Positions 1 through 12,745 of a DNA stretch of 64,000 nt are shown in pieces. How positions within the stretch are numbered: position 1 is the first letter of the stretch; every line of letters starts with the position of its first letter. Origin of the DNA: the human T2T-CHM13v2.0 reference genome, Homo sapiens; the NCBI RefSeq assembly GCF_009914755.1, contig NC_060940.1. One strand, written 5' to 3'. The notes beneath the pieces were generated by a model. That model worked only from the letters and a program-made list of their open reading frames with translations. It was not told where the DNA came from and made no database searches. The translations under genes and the position numbers were made by a program.

Positions 1-541
1 CATAGATGGCCAATGTCTGTGTTATTAGGGAAAGAAGAGAAGCCGGGAAGGAGGAGGAGGTTTCTGGGGTTAACCTGTGTTTTGCTAACTGGTGTTAGTT
101 AGTCTCAGATAAGAGCTCTATGTAAACCAACTTTGGCCCAAATTGACTCATTGAAAAACACCTTGTTTCAAATTTTTTCCCCCTCTATGACCAAAAAGTT
201 ACCCAAACCTTTGTGTCACATATTTAAGGATGTTCAAGGCAACCAATTAGTATTCAAGCATTTAGAATTATTTTGAAACATCTTCTGTGAAAAACAATTT
301 ATTTCCTATTCCAAAATAAATGCAGAATATTCCTAATATAGTTTGATAGTTCCTCCTCAAGACTTATCATTCAAAGATTGGGCAAATTGACTTGAAAGAG
401 AAAAGTTAAGCTATTTCCCTAATACCAAGGCAATGCAGGTCAGCTGCAGTGCCTAATGTTTATAAAACTTGTAAATGTTGAAACCCACACTTGGTCTGAG
501 AGAACATCATGCTCCAGTTTGTTCTTAGGAATGTGTTTCTG

Positions 542-542
<1 letters not shown>

Positions 543-578
<36 letters not shown>
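543..578. repeat. (TG)18 microsatellite
   Basis: Uninterrupted TG run read directly. Confidence 0.98.
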
Positions 579-583
<5 letters not shown>

Positions 584-2273
584 CAGAAACCAACTGGGAA
601 GGGCCCTAAGCTGAGATTACTGTTGAGAAGTAAATTGTGCTTTTAAAGTGTCCTCCAGCAAAATGGTCTCCTGGCTGTCTTTGGAAATGACGTATCAGTC
701 CAGATGCCCTTTTTCTTGATGGATTGCTAGGATTTTTACTCACCACCGATGGAAAATTCTCATAGTCTGGAAGGGTGGAGCGTCTGCCTTCTATCATGAT
801 TGTACACAGATGAGCAAAGCTCCTTGGCAATGAGTGAGGCAGACGGGCAGTCAGGTTCGGACTGGTGCAGCAGGTAGGCTGCTGCTAGGGAGGAAGGAAG
901 AGGCACAGAAGTTCAGGGCGTGAGAGGGTATGCGAGAGATGTCAACAATCCAGGAGCTGGCTTGCTTCTTCCTTTAGTCAGTGGTGCAAGCTTCAAGTGG
1001 ATAATTCAAATGAATCAATGGAAAGGCCTCTTTTAACATTTGATTTGTTTCTTCAAAGAACACAGATGAAGTTTTTCTCATCTCTTTAGATTAGTGATTC
1101 TATATTGGTGAGGGAGTGGAAGAGAAATGTGGGTGTGTTGACTATATTCTCCACAGAAACTTTTTGAAGTAGCATCCTCACTCAGCACAGAACATTTTGA
1201 CAATACACTTCCAGGGCAGGTGGTTTCTTACTATGTCCCTCCCTACCCCCACATACTTTGGGACTCAGAATGTAGGGAGTGTACTCTCGAGGGATGCGGC
1301 CCATACGTGAATGCATGGAGGCAGCATATAAGGTTGCAAAGCACTGACCTTCTCTTTTTATGATTCCCATTTATTCCATAGACTGTGAAGTCTGCCTGTA
1401 CATTTCCAGGCTAGCAGTTTTTAATCAAATGTATGATCACTTTCTTCTGATGAACACAGTTAAGGGGCTTTGTTGTTCAGGTGAGTCTCACATTGTACTC
1501 CTCTCCTAAGAGCATTTATTATTACTTGCTACATACATTTTTGACAACCTGACAATGACTTTTTTGTCTTAATTTGGAGAAAACATACTCTGAGCTTTTG
1601 AAGTTGGTGTACTTGTTAAAGGAAGCCAGAAAAGCTTTTCAACCATTTGAGAGGGTGTGAAATACAGAAGGGGTTGTGCGTTTCTTCCCCCCTCATCTCT
1701 TAGAGCCCTGTTACCCAAGAGAGTTCACCAATTACCCAAACCAAGTTTCATTTTGTTTTCTCTCTAGTTTGAAAACTGTTTTTATTGCTTCAACTCTCCT
1801 TGTCTAGGAGAGCTGTTTCAGGTTTTTAGAGTCCTAAGAAAGGCTTCACTGGCTCTCTGCCAGCCTCCTGTCCCATTACACGCTCAGGCTTGTAGTCAGT
1901 TACTCTCTGCTGGTTTTGCTAAACCACTCTTGGGTCTTTCTTGGCCTCCTGCCCCGCATTCCCCTTCACGTTGTAAACGTAGCTTTTTAAGTTGGTCCCT
2001 TGATTGCTTCAAGTAATTGATCTGTTGGCCTAAAAATGAGTGGCTCTGATTCAGAGGTAGGAGTTAAACCAGATTCTGCCTAGGGACAAGTGTGTTGGGA
2101 GCTCTGCTTCTCTGGAGACAATGGTCAGCAGTGTTGCAACCAACTCCATGTCTGGTGCACCAGATGGTCTCATTGGGTGGTAGGGTGGCCAAACCTTGTG
2201 TGAGCTGGCTCACTTGTTCATTCATTCATTCGTTTACTCGTTCTTTTTTGTATTAGCTTAAAAATGCTTATAC

Positions 2274-2623
<350 letters not shown>

Positions 2624-2937
2624 TCACATTTCCTGCAAAGTTGCACTGCCTCCCATAGGCATGAGACCTCCACATGGACAGAATTTCATGAGTGTTCACC
2701 TTGGTGTTGCTACTTTGCAACATAGACTTGAAGATTCAGAGAGGAGATGTGGTAAGAGTTTATTTCTGGACAGAGAAAAGCTACACCATTCATCTAGATC
2801 TCATTAATCTGTATTCATTTTGACATGCTTTTCTGCAGTTGACGTTTTTATTTATTAAGCGCTTTACAAGATATTCAGTATCATTATCGAAGCTATAATT
2901 ATTAATGATCAAAGTTAGCAGTACTTGTTTTAGCTGT

Positions 2938-2978
2938 CATCTTCATCATCACCATCACCATCACCATCGTCATCATCA
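2938..2978. repeat. (CAT/CAC)n degenerate trinucleotide repeat
   Basis: catcttcatcatcaccatcaccatcaccatcgtcatcatc. Confidence 0.9.
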
Positions 2979-3415
2979 GGGCCACAACAGCCTCTTCTTT
3001 TCTCTTAAATCTTCCAGCAATTCTTCAACTTTGCCTGTATATTTATCATACAACATAATCCTAGTATTTAGTAAATGCTTAGTCTTTGATTTCTTATTTT
3101 CAAATGCATGTCTTTAGAACCAGAATGTGTGTAGCTGTTTTCTGGCCTGAATTTGGGCTGAGATGATGAGAAGTTTAGTTGCCACTTTCAGCTAAGTGGA
3201 AGTGTTTTCCCCATTTGGACTCCGGGTCATTGACAAACGTCATCACTGTTTTTAGTTGAAATGTGCTTCCATGTGGCTGTTCATCAGCACACCCATATCT
3301 AGACGTGTGCTAGCCTCAGTGAGAGTTGCAGAATCTGTGTATTCATTTCCTTTATCTAGAAATCCTCATTATGGTACATAAAAGAGCTTTCTATCGCTTT
3401 TTTACATTATAGTAG

Positions 3416-3750
<335 letters not shown>

Positions 3751-4680
3751 TTTGTTATTATAGAGTTATATGGATTTATCATTTTAGGTGGAGATTTGAG
3801 TTTATGTCTCCTACAGACAGCCGTAGACTTTGTTTCATTTTAAGATCAGTGTTGCAGACACTGCTGAGTGTCTTCAAATGTCTGTTCTCCCTTTATTACC
3901 TACTAATAAAATACCTAATTTTCAACAGCCTGGGAAGAGACTATATTTCCCTGCTTGCCTTTGCAGCTAGAGTGATCCTTTGATGAAGTTCTAGTAAATG
4001 GGACGTTAGCAGAACTGTCGTATCTCAGGGCTTCCGTAGGGTTTATAACTGATCCACTGAGAGATAAGTTGAGAGCTTGAGAGTCAACCTTTAGAAAAGT
4101 TCGTAACTATTTGTCAAAATTAAGCTTATGTCTGTTCCAGGTAGTAATTTTAAAATGGGCTTATATTTTGTATGTCCTTTTTAATTTCCTTTTTCTAGCA
4201 ATTCTCAATGTTTTTTTAAAATCTCTTCTGGAGGAGGGTACCCTTCACAAAGTTATTTGCCAAAGGTCTGAGAAAAAAAAAAAGCCTTTCACCATGGTTA
4301 GTTCGAGAAGCACAGCAATACAGTACTTCTGCTACGAGTGTATACAGGCTGAGGATGGGTGCTTTGTGGCCCTTTTCTTTTACCGGCTGACTAGAATGTT
4401 GACGTTAAAGCAGTTAGAGTTCGAGCAGGCAACTCCGACCCCAAGTTGGAGCTGTGTGTTGAAGATAGAAGAGCAAATATGTGGAAGGAACCTGGATTTC
4501 TATTTTTTTAAAAAATATAATAAATCATCCAGCCCCAAATGTCAGGAACCTGGGTTTCTAATGATGGTTGGCTGTCACCCCCATTTCCCACACTTTAAAT
4601 GAGAGAAGTAAACATCTGACTTCCTAAAACCACCGTTCTCACTCAAAGCCGAATCTCATCCTGACTGAAATGTCACTAGT

Positions 4681-4682
<2 letters not shown>

Positions 4683-4713
<31 letters not shown>
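4683..4713. repeat. poly(T)31 homopolymer
   Basis: 31 consecutive T. Confidence 0.97.
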
Positions 4714-4714
<1 letters not shown>

Positions 4715-4859
4715 GTCATATTTTCTCCATTTGGAGAGGCTGGCTGACCCATCAATGGGCAGTGTGGGGGAATGGAGAGACCTGGGATTTTGGGGACAAC
4801 AGTGACCATGAGGGGATCTCTACACTCCTACTTGGAAATGGAGTAGCATTCTACACTTA

Positions 4860-4975
4860 AGTATCTCCCTTTATAAGCTAGGAATACTAAGAACCTAAGA
4901 GTCTCCATGAGGATTAGATGAGGTAATGTTTGTAAAGAATCTGAGATATAGTAAGTTGATCAGCAAATGTTATTT
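4860..4975 (+). mobile_element. MIR fragment
   Basis: tgaggattagatgaggtaatgtttgtaaag...tagtaag...caaatgtt resembles MIR 3' part. Confidence 0.65.
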
Positions 4976-5370
4976 ATCCTCTTCTTCCCTCTACAAAGAT
5001 AACTAAGCTGAGATAGCCTAACTCCCCCAGCTCAGAAAATAGCAAGTTATTTGCAAAATCAAATGCTGATGTAACCATTTCCATTCTGAACTCAGAAAAT
5101 GGAGATAAATCTCTTGCAAGGCTTTTGATTTTAGTTTTTAGATACAGAACCTTTAAAAAAAAAGAAAAATAAACGTTTTGCCAAAGTGTAGTATATACAA
5201 CAGATGTGAGGGAAGGACATTGTTTTAAGTGGGAAACGTCAGCTCTCTCAACTTCTACACATTCGACTATTCCCTACTCCTCAGTGACCCCAAAGACCCC
5301 AGAGAAACTCAGTATGAAAAATCACTATGGAAGTGCAATAGTTATTACTTTGTTTGGAATTCACTACAAC

Positions 5371-5512
5371 ACTGTTTCTCAAAATATAATTCCTGAGTCA
5401 CTTGGAAGATTACAACCAACTGAATTAGAATCTCTGGAAGGCATCCTAAGAGTCTGCATTTGTATGAAGCTTCCCAGGTGGTTCTGCTCAGCCCTAAGTT
5501 TGAAAACTACTG
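5371..5512. mobile_element. MER5A-like hAT-Charlie element
   Basis: actgaattagaatctctgg...tctgcatt...aagcttcccaggtggttctg...taagtttgaaaactactg. Confidence 0.75.
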
Positions 5513-5544
5513 GCAGAATAGTAGCAGAGTTACTTATTCTACAT

Positions 5545-5790
5545 TCGTTTTTTAACCCATTGTAAAAATCATACATGTATGTTCAAGACACCGGCAGATC
5601 ACAGGAAGGGAAAAAAAATCACTTATGCTTCCACCACCTTAACCTAGAAACCTTTAGGACTTTTCAGTACTTCCTTTCTGTCTTTTTCCCCTATACCTAA
5701 GTTTTTATTTACAATATAGTTGTAGCCATATGATTGTTGCTTTCATTGTTGCTTACATGTGTTAAATAATTTTGTCTCTGTATAATAACA
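5545..5790 (-). mobile_element. Old L1M(E) 3' fragment
   Basis: aaaaatcacttatgcttccaccacc...cttttcagtacttcctttctgtcttttt typical of L1ME 3' UTR. Confidence 0.5.
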
Positions 5791-5807
5791 ACCTCTGGCG
5801 ATTTTTC

Positions 5808-6020
5808 CTTTCTCTCTCTCTCTTTTTTTTTTCTTTTGTTTAGACGGAGTCTTGCTCTGTCACCCAGGCTGGAGTTTAGTGGCATGATCTTGGCTCACTG
5901 CACCCTCCGCCTTCTGGGATCAAGTGATTCTCCTGCCTTAGCCTCCTGAGTAGCTGGGACTATAGGTGTACATCACCACACCTGGCTACTTTTTGTATTT
6001 TTAGTAGAGATGGGGTCTCA
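5808..6020 (-). mobile_element. 5'-truncated AluS
   Basis: Right arm plus linker only; 14-bp TSD tctgg(c/t)gatttttc at 5794-5807 and 6021-6034. Confidence 0.93.
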
Positions 6021-6914
6021 TCTGGTGATTTTTCAAGTAAGGTAATGGAAGCAAGAGAGGTTTACATACATGGTGTACATATACCTCGGCAGCCTGTTTC
6101 CTTCCCTTATAACTATCTCAAAAAAACATATTAAGTTATTTTTCAGAATTATGTTTTTTCCTGTTGCTTTTGACTGTAAAGGGCAGACTTAAATTTAGTT
6201 AACATCTGCTCTAACGTTGGATCATGTGTGGAGTCCCCAGTTTTCAACATTAAAAATAAAGTATTTGTTGAAGTGGGGTTTTTTTCTTCTTACAGTATAT
6301 GTAGAACCATTTTCTTGAAAATGTTTCTTAGAAATTTGTTACTTAGAAGATTTGAGCCAATGATACATTGCCGAGATTTGTAAGAGTAAGACCAGCCTAC
6401 GCTGAGTATTATTTTCTCAAAGGAATATTATGAGGCACATCCCATCTTCATATCAGGGAACAAACTGTCACATTTTAGTGAAATCTGTGGGTTATGTGTG
6501 ACCACACACAGTGTCGTGTTTGCTCCCTTTACAGAAATCTAAGTAAAAGAATCACTTTTTCCTAGTATCTGGATGACTTGATTTCTTACTATCTTGGGCC
6601 TTCTTGGAAACCCTGAAATGTAGCCTTTTCATCTTAATTCACAAAGTGTTCATTCTCACCCTTTTCCTTCATGAGAATTTTCTGAAGCTATTGTGAATCT
6701 ATGGAAGACTCAAGGTAGTATCTTTTTCACAGCATTCAAAAAAATGCTGCTGGCTCCTTGGCTTGTCCGGTGCATCCTCCGTGCCAGCCCCCGCTGTCCT
6801 AGAACCATCTAAGCTAACTCTCCGATGAGCTCTGGCCTCTGGACCTCAGCCTATCCAGGCCCCTTCATGACCCAGTCACAGTGATTCTATCTGTACCTAC
6901 CACAGCTAGGTAGG

Positions 6915-7105
6915 CGGTATGGGAAGACCACAAACTTGAGAGTCAGACGGATCGAACTTCGTCTTTAGTCCCCCACTTAGGTGTTATGTGACTGTGGTCG
7001 GGTTATTGGTAACATCTTCTTGCTCAGCTTCCTGACCTGCAGAATGGGAATAAGAATACCTAGCACATAGGGTTATAATGAAGATGAAACTGCTTAACGC
7101 ATGTG
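6915..7105 (+). mobile_element. MIR
   Basis: gagtcagac...tgtgact...ctcagcttcctgacctgcagaatgggaataagaatacc. Confidence 0.8.
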
Positions 7106-7109
7106 AATA

Positions 7110-7415
7110 ACAACAATGGCTAACATGTATCAGACGCTTGTCTTAGTGTTTATTGTTTTATGCGTATTGTCCTGTTTCATCCTCATGCTTACCCTGAGAG
7201 AAAGGTGGTATTATTATTCTTATTTTGCAGGTGAGGCTTAAAGAGGTCAATTATTAGGTTGAACTGTATGAAATGACTGTTTTTATAGGGAAAAACAGTA
7301 GCCGATCATCAATTCCCTAAGGTTCCACGTAATAATTTGTCCAGGTCTCATAGCAAAAAGGTGGCCGGATGAGGATTTGAACCCACTGCTCTCCAACCCC
7401 TAAGCCCGTGCTTTG
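7110..7415 (-). mobile_element. MIR interrupted by MADE2
   Basis: cctcatgcttaccctgagag...attttgcaggtgagg...ggatttgaaccc; resumes after the insertion. Confidence 0.8.
7252..7334. mobile_element. MADE2 mariner MITE
   Basis: tattaggttgaactgtatgaaat ... aattccctaaggttccacgtaata; about 80 bp with decayed TIRs and TA ends. Confidence 0.8.
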
Positions 7416-8859
7416 TAGAATTAATCGGAGCTCTAAAGTACTTGACCCTGGGCCTGACACCAATCAGGAGCTTAAAACCCATTAGTTTCTTTTTTGTTTT
7501 ATTTTTGCCCACTATTAAAATGTGCCAAAGTAATAAGATCAAACAGGGCCCCTGCGTTTTGACAAACATCCGAATTCTGAATTTCAGCGTGGAACAGGGC
7601 ATGGAAAGCAAACACAATGGGGAAAATTGCCGTGGCCGGTCCCGACAATGTGTGGATTAAAAAACCACACGCATGCACAGAGACCTGATGTGAATGGTAT
7701 TTCTGAGTGGAAGCTAAGTAGGAGCTGAAAATGGCCTTTTAAAATACAGAACATAAGGATGCAATTCACAGAGATGGTCTAAACTGTAAACATGCAGCTG
7801 TGGGGTTTGTGAGGCTCATTGCTTACATACCGACAGCATACAAATTGTCAAGTACTTAAAGTTCCATTGTTGCTGAAAGGGCCTCCACCCAATGTCCTTA
7901 AATGGTCCCCCCTTTTTTTTTTTTTTTCAAACCACAGGATTTACATCTCTCGTAGCATCTAATGAAATACCAGCAAGAATTGTGTGTTGGTGTAAGAAAT
8001 AATAATCTTTCCAAATCCTTTTGTTTTGTTATCATTTGCTAATAGAGATCTTTGAAAGAAAATTCAAAGATTGAAGTTTGTATTCTCCTAAACTCCTGCA
8101 AAGAAGTCCTCTGCAAGGATCGTTCACTAGTGTTCTGCATCGTTCTTCTTACTCAACTCTCCCGAGAGGCATTGTGGACGCCTGTGGGGTTGGTTTTTGG
8201 CACCCATTCCTGACCCCTTCTTCTCCAGGAAACTCTCTTCCTATCTGCTCCTCTTGTGGCTACCTTGGGAGGTGCCATTTTTATCAAGGTTAGTGTGTGG
8301 TTAAGCACCTTGCCACAAGCTCAGGGGAAAAAAAGGTCCCCTCCCCAGATTTTTTTTAGAACTGGAAGTTTCCATTTCCTGGCACTGCTGAAAGCTCTAG
8401 GACATAAAACTTGGGAGCCGATGGCCTTCAGGCTGCCCATAATGTGAAGAGAGGTCATTTCAGACATTCAGATAAAGTCTGTGGCTCCAGTATTTTTCTC
8501 GGTCTTGCTCCCTCCCTGACCTTTTCACAGTTTGGTGACACAACTCTTCCTTGAATTCCATAGGTTGACACATTCCCCTGAGTTTGGGTTAGGGTTTTGT
8601 TACTTGCAAGGCAGGCATCACAGGGCTGCTCCTGGCCATGCATAGCTTTGGAATCACTTCTCTGATTCTCATGGCTCGGGAAGGAGAAAGTGTCCTGTGT
8701 GTGGAGATGGCAGGGTGGCTGGAGTTGAGAGGAGAGTCCCTTGAATGCCACGCAACATTTCTCTCTGTAGGTGTCCTCTGCACACTGTCCAAACTCCATT
8801 TTTAACCTTGACTGCATAGTACCATGTACATTCATTAAGCATCCCTCGCCATAGGAGAA

Positions 8860-8940
8860 TCTGAGTTCCTGGGAGCATTTAACACAGTTCCTGGCCTTGA
8901 GTAAAAACTTCATAAGCACTTGTTGAATTGAACTGAATTT
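8860..8940 (+). mobile_element. L2 3' end fragment
   Basis: aacacagttcctggcc...ataagcacttgttgaattgaactgaa. Confidence 0.55.
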
Positions 8941-9039
8941 GTTGTCTGTGTTTAAAGGACTTGATGGATAAAGGGAGATTTAACAGTTTATAGCCAGATT
9001 GGACTCAACCATGATGATTTCTGGTCCATCTTTTAGAAT

Positions 9040-9175
9040 GGCTTCACTTCTCTTGGCCTTTATTTCTCCAAGTGGTGATAATGAGACCTATCCCTAACGG
9101 TTAAAGTGACATGGTCCATTTAAAGTGCTTAAACCAATTGCCAGGCACATAATAGGTGCTCAATAAATACTTCGT
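9040..9175 (+). mobile_element. MIR fragment
   Basis: taaagtgctt...gccaggcacataataggtgctcaataaatac. Confidence 0.65.
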
Positions 9176-9291
9176 TTATTTCCCTGTTAGGCCTCTCCCA
9201 ACCAGAGATCAAAGATGATTGGCCCTGAAGTTATTTTTCCCCCCAAATTTGATAGAAATCAGTAGAGATGCTAAAATATAATACATTTGAC

Positions 9292-9580
9292 CTGCATTGA
9301 TCAAGGTAGGCTAACTGCTATAACAACTTTACAATTAGTGCCTTAACATAATATAAAATGACTTCTTGTTCATGTAACATCCAAGGTAGCTGTACCTAGT
9401 TGCAATGCTCTCTTCCAAGTAGATATTTAGGGACACGGGCTCCTTCTATCTTCTGTCACCACCACCTTTATTTTTAGCATCCGCGGTCTTAGCAACAGTA
9501 GAAGGAAAGAATGGAGATAAGACAGTGGGTATTTAATCACCTTAGCCCATAAGTGACTCACGTCACTTCTGACTACCATA
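9292..9580 (-). mobile_element. Old MLT1 (J/K/L-type) MaLR LTR fragment
   Basis: ggtaggctaactgctataaca...tagggacacgggctccttctatctt...aagtgactcacgtcacttctg. Confidence 0.7.
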
Positions 9581-9648
9581 TCCAATTTTTGCCTCTCTTT
9601 TTTTCTTGGGTTCCCCCCGACAAAAAAAAATATGACAGAAGTATCACC

Positions 9649-9700
9649 CATCCAGCCAGCCAGCCATCAATCCGGTATCCATTCATCCATCCATCCATCT
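9649..9700. repeat. (CCAG)/(CCAT) degenerate tetranucleotide repeat
   Basis: catccagccagccagccatcaatcc...catccatccatccatc. Confidence 0.8.
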
Positions 9701-10244
9701 AGGCATCCCAGGTGACTCATTCCTGTGACCTTGGGAGACAGTCTTTCTTCCTAGAGGTTGTTTGCCCCAACCCCCTGTTACATTCTTGAACCATATGTTT
9801 CCCATTGTTTGCACTTCCCCTAGTCACCTGGTGCTTTAATTTTTGCCTGTAACCTTCTGAAACTTTCCTTAAATGTTCGGCTTTGACCTGTCATTCACTA
9901 AGTCTTTCACCATCCTTCACTCATCTTACCTCCTTCTTCTGTGGCATTTCATAAATTTAATGATTGTAATTGTGATTACAACATAATTGTTTGTGTCTAC
10001 CCCAGGCTTTGCAACAGGGAACTATATCATTATTTTGCAGACACAACAAATTCTGCAAGCATGTATCTTTGGAATAAAGGAGAGAGGGTTGGACACAAAT
10101 GTGATTACAACATATGCTTCTCTGGGCATAGCTTTGCCCCATTGCACAAATATAGAAAATTTGGCAGGCTGAAAATAAGCGGAAAGATCCTCAAGCTGTT
10201 CCTTCCACCCCCTGGGATGCTGATTAAGTTAAGATTTCAGATTT

Positions 10245-10358
10245 TATTTATTCTACGGGTATTTGTTGAATATTTATTTCTTACGATGCCACGCACTGCT
10301 TTAGGCACTGGGAATATAGCAGGATATACAAAACAGAAAAATCATGGCCCTCATGGAT
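10245..10358 (-). mobile_element. L2 fragment
   Basis: tatttgttgaatattt...tgccacgcactgctttaggcactgggaatatagc...ggccctcatgga. Confidence 0.75.
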
Positions 10359-10955
10359 TATTGGTTGTGAGTAATAGGAACCTTTCAATCTAACTTAGGA
10401 AAAAAGGTTAGGGAGCCAAGGAGGAAGAGTGGGTGTGATGATGCATCAGGATACCAGAGAATCCCGTGGAATCCCACAGTGACACAGCCAAGCCTTGGGA
10501 GGGGTGACACTAGCGATAGAGACAGAAACCCACACAGGAGTCCTTTTCTCTGTCTCTCATCTCTGCTTTTCTCTGTACATCTGGTTCAATTATTCTCTTG
10601 CCACGAATCAGCTATTTGTATTCCTCTGTGCACGTCGCAGAAGATCAGGAATTTGCACATTATAGTCACAACCATACCTAGAACCAAATTGCCTAACACT
10701 GAATCCCAAATCCAAATTCCTGGGAGATAGAATTCAATTCTTCTCTTGCCACACATCAGCTGTTTATACTCCTCTTTGCACGTTGCAGAAGATCAGGAAT
10801 TTGCACATTATAGCCACAACCATACCCAGAACCAGATTGTCTAACACTGAATCTCGAATCCAAATTCCTGGATTTGGATGGACTCAATCTGGACCCAGTA
10901 TCTACATTTGGTCCAGTCATCTGTATCCGGCATCGGGGTCTTGTTGAAAAACCAT
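10355..10955. mobile_element. Old ERVL/MaLR LTR (LTR33/MLT1N-O-like) with internal tandem duplication
   Basis: ttggttgtgagtaataggaacc; ctctgtctctcatctctgcttttctctg; cccaaatccaaattcctgggaga. Confidence 0.5.
10585..10871 (+). repeat. 148-bp tandem duplication, 2 copies, about 10% diverged
   Basis: Copies start at 10585 and 10733; about 14 substitutions over 139 aligned bases by manual alignment. Confidence 0.95.
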
Positions 10956-10960
10956 GGCTT

Positions 10961-11103
10961 AGCCGGGTACAGTGGCTCATACCTGTAATCCCAGCCACTT
11001 GGGAGGCTGAAGTGGGAGGATCGCTTGAAGCCAGGAGTTTGAGACCAGCCCGGGCAACACAGGGAGGCAACATCTCTAAAAGAATTTTTTAAGGAATAAA
11101 AAG
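10961..11103 (+). mobile_element. FLAM_C-like Alu monomer
   Basis: Single left-arm monomer with A-rich tail; TSD aaaa(c/g)catggctt on both sides. Confidence 0.88.
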
Positions 11104-11401
11104 GAAAAGCATGGCTTTTATTCTAAGAGCAAAGGCATTTTGTATATTTGGCAGGTATCCCAACAGATGCATCACCCAGTCTCTTAAATTAAGATAATAA
11201 TTTATTTGGCAAGTGAATTCTTCTAGTGTAGTTAGATAGTGATGAAAAGATTTTTATACCTCCAAACACACACACGCACATGCACACCCACCAGGCTCTT
11301 CTTTACTTCTCACTCATAGATTTGAAAACAACTATTATATTATAGAAGTTTTTTGGTATAGCTGCCAGGGGTCATTGTTTCCATCCCCTGTGTGGAGATA
11401 A

Positions 11402-11726
<325 letters not shown>

Positions 11727-11789
11727 TAACTATCCTCATTAAGCCATCTGCTTTCTGCAGTCATTTTCATGGCGATGTGTTATAACAGG

Positions 11790-11900
11790 ACAGACCTTGT
11801 ACTTTGGAATCAAACATTCTCAACTCTGCTATCTGCTCTTTGTGGGGCCCTGAACAAAAATCTTTACTCTCTTTGAGCCTTCGCTTCCTCATTGGTCAAG
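11790..11900 (+). mobile_element. MIR fragment
   Basis: actttggaatcaaaca...ctctttgagccttcgcttcctcatt. Confidence 0.65.
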
Positions 11901-12529
11901 ACTTTTCTCACTGCATTATATTTGAGTGAGACCCGTATCAATGGATTGAAATTCTCAGAAACCCAAGACCAGGAATAGCCCAGTGACAGGAATTTAGACC
12001 ATGCCAAGTGTGAACCATGGCTTGCGGGGGCTCCTGTCTCACGCTGGATGCTCCTGCCTGGCTGCCTCTGGTCTCCAGCAGAAGACCTGTCGTGCTTGAG
12101 TGACAAAGCAGATTGCTTCCTCCCACCTCTGTGGGTTAGGACCCCTTTTTCTATCCTAGTTTCACTCTGATGGGCGAGTTCACTCACAGTGAAACCGTAG
12201 CAAAACCTCAAGGTTTGGCTTAACTGCAAAGGGGTGGTTGATATCAGATTCATACGCCAGAACCAGAAGACCACTCGTGAGAAATTCTGTAAGCACAGGA
12301 GTGTGGTTTGTGTCAAAATCAATCTGATGGAGTGAAGCCATTCCTTGCCAAGCGAAAATACAGCATCATCAACTACATCCTTGAGCCTAGAACCTCTTCA
12401 CTCAGCACCAGCTAGTGGGTAAAGCCCGGGAGAGGTTGTAACAAATCTGATTCCCTGACACTCACCTGAAACAAGATTCAGCAAAATTAAAAGCAATATT
12501 AATATATGTCGCCTTGGGAAACAGAGGCA

Positions 12530-12745
12530 GAGGAGAACAGGAAAGAGTCAGATGGACTTTGATTTGAGACCCGTTTCTGCTTCTTCCCAGGGTGTGACCT
12601 CAGCGGAGTTCCAGAGCATCCATCTCCTTTGTAAGACACAGATAATACCAACTGCATGGATTTGTTATGACAGTTACATCAGGGGAGGGTCATGAGGTCA
12701 CCTTCCCATGGCCAGGAGAAGCAGGTACTCAGGAATGGCTACTTC
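12530..12745 (+). mobile_element. MIR
   Basis: gagtcagatggac...tgtgacctcag...gataataccaactgcatggatttgttatga. Confidence 0.6.

Noticed and set aside
2905-3117. ORF with a poly-histidine run
   Set aside because: Translation of a (CAT/CAC)n simple repeat; no domain or splice context
4111-4602. 163-aa ORF
   Set aside because: Non-ATG start, runs through A/T homopolymers, no family resemblance
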